From NCBI GenBank assembly GCA_964270895.1, contig OZ185452.1: a stretch of 64,000 bases of DNA. The stretch is one strand, 5' to 3'. Position numbers and translations under genes: made by a program. The notes below the pieces were generated by a model. That model saw nothing but the letters and a program-made list of their open reading frames with translations. It did no database searches and was not told the origin of the DNA. Source of the DNA: Podarcis filfolensis. Its lineage: Eukaryota. Of this stretch, positions 37,779 through 49,700 are shown piece by piece; position 1 is the stretch's first letter, and each line of letters opens with the position of its first letter.

Positions 37779-40700
37779 GTCTGTATTTTATATATCATCA
37801 TATATACATAGACACACAGATATATATTTAATGCATGCACACACACACACAAAATGTTCTGTGACATCTAGAGACTCCTAGAATTGTAGAATTAGAAGGG
37901 ACTCCAAGGGTAATCTCATCCAACCCCCTACAATGCAAGAATCTCAGCTCGTTTGCACAGACAATTTACATGGATTTGACTACTTCCTCTGATTTTTAAA
38001 AAAGCAAGACTGAGACTCTTAGGACAGCACCCCATGCATCCAAATGTAGCAGCCTACACTGAATTCCAAAGTTGTCCTTGAGTACCATCCAATATTTCAC
38101 AAATGGAAATAGAGACAGGTTAGTAAAATTCCTATTCCTATACCAAGGACCGCTGCACAAGCCACCACTATCTTTTGCACATTGCTAAAGGTTCTGTTCT
38201 CTCACCTGTGTTAATTGACCCTACATAGGAAGGTACCTTCCACTGAATCAAACCAATTGGCCTATCTAGCTCAGTATATTTGACTGGCAACAGCTCTCCA
38301 GGGGTTTGGACAGGGAACCTTTCCCAGCCCTACCTGGAGCCACCATTGGGGACTGAACTAGGGACCTTTTGTCTGCAAAGCCGATGCTCTTCCCCTGTGT
38401 TACAGCAAAGTATTTTGCCCTCCACTGATTTAAAAGTCAAATGGGTGTTTGCTCTTTGCTTAAAAGTTATGCAAAAAGCCAGCAGTTTGCGCTGTTCCCA
38501 AGCTGCTGTCCACAGTTAAAAACAAACCTCACTAGTTGAAGCAGGTGAAAAGTGAACTATGTATGGGTCATTATGTATGTGCAGTTATTAAGTAGTAACT
38601 TTTATAAGTGCAAGACAGTCTCCCAAGCCATGTTTTGGAGGAAAGTCCAAAAGTTCAGGCAGCGGGGTTGATTCTTTATAACATAAGCGCATTTCAAATA
38701 GCAGCAGTACATAATACTCAGTTTAAAAGGATCAGTATAGGAGACAGGTGAGGTCAAACAGGGAGCCCAATACTTTGTTTTATGTTCTGCTTGCTGTGAT
38801 GTTTTTATTTTATTTTATTATTTTATTTTACTTTTTATTTATACATAGATACATACATACCGGTATGTACTTGTCCATCCGCCCACATTCTTTTACTTTG
38901 CAGGTGTTTGCTGACGTAAGTTTGGACCTTGAACAGTTTGGGGCTCGAGTGAAGGATGAAATTGATCTCCTGGGACGCAAGTGTGAGTTAAACCCTCCAC
39001 AACTTAAGCAGTTCGATGCCTGGGGGCGGCGTGTGGATGAAATTATCACCTGCCCAGCCTGGAAGAGGATGAAGGAGATCTCGGCTGAGGAGGGGCTGAT
39101 TGCTGAGGCTTATGAGAGGAGATACTCTAACTGGAGGTACAAATTTAGTTGACACTTTCAGACTCAGTTGGCCACACTTCAGGGCAGCGAACATGTCCAT
39201 ATACCTCCAGTGCCATTCAAAATGAAATGTCCCTACAGTGGGGATAGTGACACTTTCCTAGACGAAAGCACTCCCACGGTAGAACTCCCACAGCAATAAT
39301 GATTGGCCACCGATTTGGATGGCTTTACAAGACAGCAAGGTCAATGCATGTAAGGCTACTATCAATGGCTAGTAGCTATGATGGCTATGTTCTGCCTCCA
39401 CTGTTGAAGGCAGTATGCCTCTGAACTCCATTTGCTGGGAATTGGAAGTGGGAAGACTGTTGTTGTACTCATGTCCTGCTTGTGAGCTTCTCATTGAGGC
39501 ATCTGGTTGGCCACTGTGAGAACAGAGTGCTGAGCCTGATAGGCCTTTAGCCAAGCTCTTCTTGTGTTCTTGTGTAGCTATAATCCAGCTGAGATCTCCC
39601 TATAGCAAATATATTTTTCCCTTGGCATTTCTAAATTCAGCAAGGCTTTGTTTCTCCTTCACAGCCGCGTTCATCAGATTGCAAAACTGTACCTTTTCGC
39701 ACTTTCTTCTGGTGCTTTTTCAGCTCCTCTGGGCATGACTGATGGAGCAGCAAAAGTAATAGAGGTGAGATCACAAGTCAGTGCTCAGCAGGTAGATCAC
39801 TATATTGCATTACTCTGAATTAGACTAAGTTGGAGGTTCATTTCTGGAATGCTGCTACCAAAGTAAAACACCCTCCCCATAAGTTCCCCTTACCAAAAAA
39901 CAAAACCTCTATCCACAACACTATTATTTAGAAACTTTAGAGAGCTGCTAGACTAATACTGAGGTAGGCTAATGGTCTGACTCTATATAAGACATATTCC
40001 TCAGTTCCCCAAGGCCTTCCCTAATAAGGCCAGATTGGGAGTTAGCAAAACTGGTGCATACGTGGCATCCTGGCTCTGCTTAGATCCAAAGTGAAGCATA
40101 TCAGCCAGCTGTGCTGAAAAACCTTTTGGCCATTATCTCAGAGGCAGATCTTTGGCAGCACAACTGGTTCTACCACACTGGGCTCTGAGCCTACAGGGCA
40201 CCATAGTGAGTTGTTGTGTAAGACCTCTGTGGGAAAGCTCCCTTGTCTGACTTTGCAGCTCACCCAGCCCTAGCCAGACTGTCATGGACTGGTTGGATGC
40301 AGAGGAGTGGTGGGAGGCACCAGCAAGGGAACCACCAGGCAAAGAAGGCTCAGAACCAGGGCATTTGTGGTAGGACAATGATGCAGGATCAGAGGAAAGT
40401 GTTGAAAGCTGAATAAGCAACAGGGTTTAGTGAGCAGGAAGAGGCTGTGGTGGAGGGCAGCCGAGCCTCAGAGGTGTCAGAGGAATGGGGCCAGGAGACA
40501 GAAATGAGGGAGGCTGCTGAAGAATTCAGGGAGTCTCCCCCTCCTGCTGGGACCAGCTCTCCTCCCACCTGGTCTCCCAAAGCATGCAGTGGAATAAAGA
40601 GGGAGGAGCAACAAATGACAGGACAAAGGAGCTTTGGGCTGCTGTGGAAGGAACCAGGAGAGGAAATCCTGTTTGTTTTTTTTCTCCCGTCTGTTTCCTG

Positions 40701-43700
40701 CAACTCCCAACAGTCCTTGGGTATCCCCAAACCCCTCAAAGAAGTTTTTATCCACTTGACATCACGTGACCCTGCCAAATTCTGGACTTCTGGCCAGTGG
40801 ATGACTGAACGCAGAGGGGGCTCTGATGTTGGTAAGTGTACCCCAAAGTGGGAAGTCTGACACAGAGTGCAATACAAAATGCCTTAAGAAATGAGTAGTG
40901 GTGCAGCTAGATAATGTTATATACCATCAGCCTAATGGTCTGTTGAGGCATGGAGAGAGGTCATTTAGATGGCCATGTGTATAACGTCTGTTGAGAAATG
41001 CACAAATAACATTTCTCCCACCACCCCAACACCTCTTCCATTCCATGGTTTTAACTGCTTCCACATTTCTAATGGAAAAGAAAAATGAACAAATGAAAGA
41101 CAGTTTACCAACCTGGTAATAAAAGAAAGATAATACTCTAAGCATGTGCAGTCTCACAGTTTAAAAATTCAGTTAACTCACAGCACCACCATGACTATAT
41201 GAATAAAATAGGATAGTTTCTAATGCTTTCTCATGTGATTCTGTTAAAGTTGAACTCAGATCTATCCGCAGGCTTCTGGGGAAACCCAGCCAGATGGGCG
41301 GGGTATAAATAATAAATTATTATTATGTCACATAAGCCAGGACCATAGTAATCACCATGGCAACATTCCTGGTGGACAGGTAATATATAACCAATCCTAT
41401 GGATTGCAAACATTGTAGCTGCTTAAGTTTTCCTATTGCTTAAGTTTCACCTTAGGAACATAGGAAGCTGTCTTATACAGAGTCAGTATTATCTACACAG
41501 ACTGGCACCTTTTCCCAAAGTTACTGAGGTGCCAGCTTCTTTTTTCACTACACTGCTGAATGATAATGTTGCTTTTTCTTCAGCTTGAAGCCAGTGCTGG
41601 TTATTTGTGAAGATCAGCAGCAGCTAAGACTGGGTGTTCTTTTCTTGCAGCTCGTGGCACAGAGACAGTAGCCCTGGAACTCCCTGATGGCAGCTACAGT
41701 CTCCATGGCTTGAAATGGTTTACTTCGGCCACCGATTCAGATATAACTTTGACACTGGCAAGGACCATGACTGCTGATGGACAAATACAGCAGGTCAGAT
41801 TCCTTACTGGGGAAACTGAAGGACCAGCTCACAAGCAGTAATCAGTAATGTGGAAGTGGGGTGAGAAACAGGGTCCTTCACTGGCCATTTTGACAGGCGT
41901 TGGAGCCACTTACCTGCCACTCACCTGCCATCACATGATCCATTGGGCCTTGCTGTGTTAATCAGCTGATCAGCGCTTATAGCAAGATGCACTTTGGGCA
42001 GGAATCAGCTGCACTAAGAAGCTCTGAGAACTCTGTAGCACAGCCAATCCCTGCAGGGCTTGTATTATCACCGAACAGCTGATCAGCACTGACAGCAAAC
42101 CTTGTTTGCCAAGAAACTATCCAGCATAGTACACTTTAAGGATCCTGATTGTTCCCTTACAGCCATGTCTTTACCTGCCACATCCTCATTTCACATACAA
42201 TGTCAGGTGAGGATCAGGTGGGCTTGGTTTGCAGAAAACAGCTTCACAGACCAAAGAGAACCCTTGCCTGGCCTAATTTGGTTCACAGACTGGAGGTTTC
42301 CCATTGCTGCACTAATGTATTGCAGAATGTATTCATTCTAGCTCCATTCTCCTTGTTACCAGTCAGTGTTTCTCACCTTTGCATTCTCGGCCGCAGGGCT
42401 CCCAAGGTCTGTCTCTGTTCTACCTGAAGATGCGCGATGAGGAAGGGAAGCTGAATGGGATTGAGATACAACGGCTGAAAGACAAGCTGGGCACAAGGCA
42501 ACTGCCCACCGCAGAGCTCCTCCTAAATGGAGCCAAGTCACTCAAGGTGAGCAAAAAGAAAAAGGTGTGGAGGAAAACTTCCTCCAAAGATCACTTTCTA
42601 CTTCCCTGGTATGAGACAAATGAAAGGAAGGTGCTCTGGAGCAGGGCAGCTCTCTGTGGATTTTGCCCATGCATGGAGCTGCCATGCAGGTGCAGAAGCA
42701 GACATCTAACAGCCAAAGCAGCATGCAGGAGAATTTCCGCCTCCTTAGGAAAACCAAGTTACTAGCAAAAAAGAAACAGCATCAAACTGTTGAACAATGC
42801 CTTCTGGAGTACTATGGTACTCAGAGGAAGACTAAGAGCAGGCCAATGCACTCTGTGGCCTCTACCTTACAATCTCCTCACAGATGGGGAACCTCAGACC
42901 TGGAGGCCAAATGCGGTGCTCCAGGTCTCTCTATCTGGGGTTTAAAACTCCTCAGGCCACACATCCTACTTGCCCTACTTTATACTCCAAGGGCTTTTTT
43001 TTTCTGGCCAGGGTGGAATGTGTCCTTGAACTCCAATAATGGCCTTTGTCTGGATGGAGAATAAAGAGGTGTGTGTGTTGAAAGTAGATTATTGTCCATG
43101 ATCACTTTTGCCTTTGGTCCCATCCACCACTGGCATCCTCGAAAATTTGTTCCTTGGCCTTCATGCCCTTTCTGCTTCTGTTATGCAGATCCTTACCAAA
43201 GAATTGCATCAATCGTTTGTTAGCATGTTTCAGGTTTGTTTTGCTTTCTGAGCTGCCCCCTCACCCCATTCCTGTTGTTTTTACCCTATGAGCTGCTCTT
43301 CCCTTCCTAATGGCTAGATATGTATCTATGCAACTGTGCTGTGTGTACGTATTTCTTGACGAAGAATTTGTGCAGTGTTCCCACTGCTCTGCTTAGGAGT
43401 TACGGGCAGGCCGAAAGATTATTATAGGCTTTTATGCCCCAGGGAGAACATGAGAGAAAGCAAATAGATTCCCTTTTTACTAAATTGCAATCCAGACCAT
43501 GCTAATTAACCTTATTCTGGCTTTTTCTGCTTCATGCTTCCAGATCTCTGCAGAGGGCCGGGGTGTGGCTTCCATTGTAAACATGATGACCACCACTAGG
43601 ATCCACAATGTCATTTGTGCAGTTGCGTGCATGAGAAGGTACTGTATTTTTCGCTCTATAACACGCACCAGACCATAACACGCACATAGTTTTTAGAGGA

Positions 43701-46700
43701 GGAAAACAAGAAAAAAAATATTCTAAACGAAATAGTGATATATGATTTTTGTGGTTCATGCTGTGGCCGCAGACATGTGATCTGACAGTGAGTTTGGAGT
43801 AGCCCAATGCAAAAATCCTGAGGATCCATGTGGATCCATGCTTTGTAACCACAGAGGAGGCAAGGAAGGGGAACCATGGATCCTCTGCTCACGACTGCAG
43901 CAGATCCCCTCCGCCACCCGCAGGCATTCGCTCCATAACACGCACAGACATTTCCCCTTACTTTCTAGGAGGAAAAAAGTGAGTGTTATGGTGCAAAAAA
44001 TACGGTAATTCATGTCCTCTTCCCTAAGACCTACTGGGTCCCTGGGCTTAATTATGGCTCTTTGAATCATGCTGCTGTCTGAATAAGCATTAAAGTAAGA
44101 TGAGGTTGGCTGTGAAAATGCTGTTAAGAAACTCCTGGTTTCCAAATTGTGGTAGTAAACTACAGTTCCCAGGATTTCTTTGGGAGAAACATGTACTTGC
44201 AGTGTATGGTCAGATGGTAACTTCCATGTTACTGTCTCTCAAATAAAACCACTGCTTGTGAGCTACAATTAGCTACCTCAATCAGAAATCTACACAGAGG
44301 AAGAATGAGGAACCTGAGACACTCCAGATGTTGTTAGACTACAGCTCCCATCATTTCTGACTATTGGCCATGCTGGCTGAGGCTGGTGCAAGTTGTAATC
44401 CAGCAACACCTGGAAGGCCACAGGTTAGTCACTCCCCTCAACAGCTGTGGCCTTTGTGACCTTGGGGCATGTCTTCTCACATGTGACCTTTTTGGGGCAC
44501 TAAGGTCATCAGTAGAGGCCTTGCTCCAAATCCTGCCCCTTTCTGGAGCCAGACTGAGTGATTTCCCAATTGGCTTGCCAGCTAACAAGAATCCTCCCTG
44601 ACTTTGTGTTGTGAATAAGAGCTATCAAGCAGGTAGGTTGTTTGTAGTATGTGAGCAACAAAGTGATGCATCTAAAGCATAATTACAGCATGATATGAGA
44701 GCAAGAGTAGGAAAAATAGCCAAGTGCATTTAATTAGCTAAAAATTGCCTTCCATCTCCAGAGTGATCACCCTGGCAAGGGATTATGCCACCAAGAGGGA
44801 AGCCTTTGGGAAACCCCTGAAGGCTCACCCTTTGCACATGCAGACTTTGGCTCGAATGGAGGTGAGCATTCGGAGGTGCTGGTTTTGTTTGACCTTGACC
44901 CTTGAGGTCTTCCCCTGCCACCTATGAAGCACATGAGACTCCCCTCCACATTCACGTTCCTCTTGGTTGTGAGGTGAAGGTGATTTCTTCTTTCTCCCTT
45001 GAAAAGCCCATAGAGCCGAAGGAGGAAGTTGGAAGAGTGAGGTTCTTTCTCACAACCTCTTTCAGCTCCATGTGCTTTTCAGACCTCAGATAAATTCCGT
45101 TGGATCCAGCAGCTCCCTAAGAAAAGCAAAATGCCTGTAGTTTTTCTCTGTCTCAAGGTGGGGTGGGAGCTTACCAGTGGGAGTGCAAAAAGAAGTGACC
45201 AGAGGTGGTGGCAGTGGCTCTCCAGGATTTCAGGCAGGGAACCTGGATATATCAGGCACTGAACCAGGATTTCAAGCAGCCCTACCTGGATATGTCTGGC
45301 ATCAAACTTGAGACCTCATGCATGTTAGGCAAATGCTCTACCACTAAGCTAAAATCCTTAAGACATAGGAAGCTGCCTTAAACTGAGTAAGACATCATTT
45401 TCCATCTAGTTCATTACTGTCTACATTAACTGGCTCTGGCTTTCCAGTGTTTCAGGCAAGGAACACTTCCAGCCCTACCTGTCTATTCCAGGGATTGATC
45501 TTGGGACTTTCTGTATGCGAAGCAGGTGTCCTGCCACTCAGCTACCGCCCTTGCCCAATATGAAATCCTTGTTTCTGCTTGTTTCTGATACTTGTTGAAA
45601 GAACTTTGTGTGCTCCTCCAACCTGCCCCAATGATCCCATGCTGTCTTGCTCCTGCAGGTGCAAGCTCGAGGAGCATTCCTGCTGATGATGGAGATAGGG
45701 AAATTGCTTGGACTGGAAGAAACCAAGAAGGACACTGAACAAGACCAGCACATGCTTAGGCTGCTGACACCTGTTGCCAAACTTTACACTGGGAAACAAG
45801 TAGTGTTTCAAGGCCTAGAATTTGGTTTCATGGTTTAGTTACCGTATTTTTCGCACCATAGGACGCACTTTTTCCCCTCCAAAAATGAAGGGGAAATGTG
45901 TGTGCGTCCTATGGTGCGAATGCAGGCTTTCGCTGAAGCCTGGAGAGTGAGAGGGGTCGGTGCGCACAGACCCCCCACGCTCTCCAGGCTTCGCACACCT
46001 CTCTGCAAGCAGCGGGAGCCCAGCGCTGGGCTCCCGCTGCTTGCGGAGAGTTGCCTGCATGCGGAAGCCTGCGCGCGCTGAGATCAGCGCGCCCAGGCTT
46101 CGCGGACCTCTCCGCAAACAGCGGGAGCGGTCCCGCTGCTTGTGGAGACTTGCCTGCATGCCGAAGCCTGCGCGCGCTGAGCTCAGCGCGCCCAGGCTTC
46201 GCGGATCTCTCCGCAAGCAGCGGGAGCGGTCCCGCTGCTTGCGGAGAGTTGCCAGCATGCGGAAGCCTGCGCGCGCTGAGCTCAGCGCGCCCAGGCTTCG
46301 CGGATCTCTCCGCAAGCAGCGGGAGCGGTCCCGCTGCTTGCGGAGACTTGCCTGCATGCCGAAGCCTGCGCGCGCTGAGCTCAGCGCGCCCAGGCTTCGC
46401 GGACCTCTCCGCAAACAGCGGGAGCGGTCCCGCTGGTTGCGGAGAGTTGCCAGCATGCGGAAGCCTGCGCGCGCTGAGCTCAGCGCGCCCAGGCTTCGCG
46501 GATCTCTCCGCAAGCAGCGGGAGCGGTCCCGCTGCTTGCGGAGACTTGCCTGCATGCCGAAGCCTGCGCGCGCTGAGCTCAGCGCGCCCAGGCTTCGCGG
46601 ATCTCTCCGCAAGCAGCGGGAGCGGTCCCGCTGCTTGCGGAGAGTTGCCTGCATGCCGAAGCCTGCGCGCGCTGAGCTCAGCGCGCCCAGGCTTCGCGGA

Positions 46701-49700
46701 TCTCTCCGCAAGCAGCGGGAGCGGTCCCGCTGCTTGCGGAGACTTGCCTGCATGCCGAAGCCTGCGCGCGCTGAGCTCAGCGCGCCCAGGCTTCGCGGAC
46801 CTCTCCGCAAACAGCGGGAGCGGTCCCGCTGGTTGCGGAGAGTTGCCAGCATGCGGAAGCCTGCGCGCGCTGAGCTCAGCGCGCCCAGGCTTCGCGGATC
46901 TCTCCGCAAGCAGCGGGAGCGGTCCCGCTGCTTGCGGAGAGTTGCCTGCATGCCGAAGCCTGCGCGCGCTGAGCTCAGCGCGCCCAGGCTTCGCGGATCT
47001 CTCCGCAAGCAGCGGGAGCGGTCCCGCTGCTTGCGGAGAGTTGCCTGCATGCCGAAGCCTGCGCGCGCTGAGCTCAGCGCGCCCAGGCTTCGCGGACCTC
47101 TCCGCAAGCAGTGGGAGCGCTCCCACTGCTTGCAGAGAGCTGCCTGTTTGGGGGCTGGGGTCGGGGGAAGCTTCCCCCGCCCCAGCCCCGCGCCTGGGGG
47201 GGAAATAATTTTTCCCCTTTATTTCCCCCCCAAAAAACTGGGTGCGCCCTATGGTCCGGTGCGCCCTATGGTGCGAAAAATACGGTACATATTGGGCTCT
47301 GAAGTAAAAAGGGAGGATTCACAGAGCAGCCAGGTTCTATTTGTGGGGGAGAAAAGGAAAGGAAAGGAAGAACAAAACTTGGTAATTGTTTAATGGCCAA
47401 GTGGTTGTGAAATAGTAACACCCTGCCAGGGTAAGTGTATTCAAGAAATTGAACTATTATAAACATATTGGAATGATAGCTACTCCGATGTTTTCCTGGA
47501 TGGGCTCCTGCCCTAGGGTGGTCCCTTAGCCTTGATCCTCTTTTCAACAAGCCTTTCCCATCCTCAGATTCTAGACAGTGCAAACTGGGATAGTGCAAAT
47601 GTGCCGCATTTCACCTCCCCACATCCCAGTCTGCTGACAGGACTGTAATGCGCTTTAGGTGTATATAAAGTTGTCAGAGATGGGTGGAGACCAGGGGCAG
47701 ATCTCTGGGTGTTCAAGGTTAATGGGAATGTGCACATACCACATGTCTTTGTTGCAGGCTGTTGCGGTTACCTCAGAAGGGCTGGAGTGTTTTGGAGGGC
47801 AGGGCTACATGGAAGATACAGGCCTGGCAGGAATTTTACGGGATGTCCAGGTATTAAGCCACACCCCCACACCCTGCAATAAATGCATTTTTCTTAGCTT
47901 CTCCTTCTTTCAGCAGCCTATATCCTATAGCAATGCTGTTGAGGTAGAGCAGGGGACAAAAACTGGCTTCAGAATCTTGGTGGTGGCTCCATTATTTGGA
48001 GTCTCCAGGAGCTTAGACATTGCTTGTCACAGTGGTCTAAGCTCACACTACAATTAGTTATTTTCACTCTTCTTTCAGGTAAAAGTTCTGCAGTTCAAAA
48101 ATGTACTCTCTGCATCTGTTTCTCCAGGATTAAGAATGCACCAGCTGTTGATAGAGAGTGTCTTAGAAAGAGCAGCTTCAAACTGTGTCCCTACAGCTTG
48201 TAACTGGATTTACGCACCAAATACCAGGGGCTTCAATTTAACGGCAGGTGTTAATCATGAGTTAGATACAATCCCTTAGTGCCAATGTTATTTCTTCAAA
48301 GATGAATATTTATAGTAAGCCGATAGAAGTCTCCTGAGATGCCCCAACCCTCTGTCTGCTGTAAGAAATGAATACAGCTGGCAGATTGTGAAGGATGGAC
48401 CAGTTCTCAGCTACAAAGAGCACTATCAAGGAATAGTTATGCAAACACAAACAGGCTATATTTGGGAGGGGCATTCAAAAATATTAGTTGGAGGGCAGTG
48501 CCCACCCTGCCCTAGATCAAGCAACACCCCCAAAATGTTTGTTTACAAATTAGATATAGGCCAGGTTAAGATCAGACCACACAATACACTGCAGGCACAT
48601 GAAATGAAGTCCTGACAATCCCTTCTCTATTGCAAAGCACATCCGGGAGACTGCATTTCATCAGAGAAGAGCTGGGGGCACGTGTCACCATTCCACTCTC
48701 ACTTGTTAACAGCGGTCTTCTGTTCTTTTTTGGTGGCCGGGGGTGAGTGTGCACTGGGCGGGGGCTGGACATGCAGGGCCCAGAGAACCCACCATGCCAG
48801 GTTTCCCTCACCGCCAACACTGTTAAGTGTACATACATGGGGCATGGAGTGTTCACGGAGCCTGTGTGCTAATTCATCCCTGGCCACCAGAATCAAGCGG
48901 GGCTATGCTCCTGCCCACCCATGCAGGGAGAAGCCTGGCTGACCGACATGGTCCTTGGCTGGCAAATCCCCATCCCACCCTGACGCTGGCCAGGCAGACA
49001 TTCGGCAAGGGGGCTGGGGACACAGCGGTCAAGCCAGGCCAGGCTCCAGGGCTGAGAAACCCCAGCAGCAGGCAGGTGGGACAGGACTCCCTGTGTGGTT
49101 CACACCCCCTAAAAATCATGCACCTGCTGCTCCCCCCCCCCCATGCTATTCCCCTGCTTGTTAATATAGTTTGGATGGGAACATCACAGATGGTAGAAAG
49201 CAGCTGTCGGGAAAGAGCTCAGCATCCTCTGCTACCCATTTTCCAACTCAAAACCGTGCTGACCAGTGTATTTTGTGACCAGAAAGGGCAATTTGTTTTT
49301 CAGCTTTCTACGTTTATTTTCTTCAGGCTTTGCCAACTTGGTGCCCTGCAGTTGTTCTGGACTACAATTCTTAGCAGTCCCAGCCAGCACAGCCATAGAA
49401 TGCTGGAGCTGGTGGGAGTTGTAGTCCAAAACATTTGGCAGAGATTGAGATATTGCAGAGATTTCAGGAGCGATATTTCATCTGGAGTGACATGCAGTTC
49501 TTACTCTTCTATCCATTACTAGTCTAACATCTCAACTTTCCCTCAACGTCTTAGATTTCGGCTTCCTTCCCTTGTCATTTTGTTTGCTGTCCCACTTTTC
49601 TCTGACTCCCTGACAGGTGCTAACTATCTGGGAAGGAACAACCAATATCCTCTCTCTGGATGTTCTGCGCTCCCTAGTCAAGAGCCAAGGAAAAGTGCTG

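Larger units (their letters stand above)
29890..38335. repeat. Tandem segmental duplication: unit 1 29890-33891, unit 2 33902-38335
   Basis: Near-identical text throughout (gtattggacctacagg starts at 29890 and 33902), same nested hAT/BovB/CR1 repeats, promoter and exon 1; unit 2 is longer through segments at about 37000-37140 and 37856-38190. Confidence 0.95.

Noticed and set aside
46040-47128. CRISPR-like array
   Set aside because: Eukaryotic context, no unique spacers; the units are contiguous tandem repeats.
45839-47393. Long ORFs of 385-477 aa on both strands
   Set aside because: They are by-products of a GC-rich 99-bp (multiple of 3) stop-free minisatellite inside an intronic MITE, with no domain content.
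48650-49522. 231-aa ORF in a GC-rich intronic segment
   Set aside because: GTG start, runs through MITE sequence, no domain; probably an unclassified repeat.
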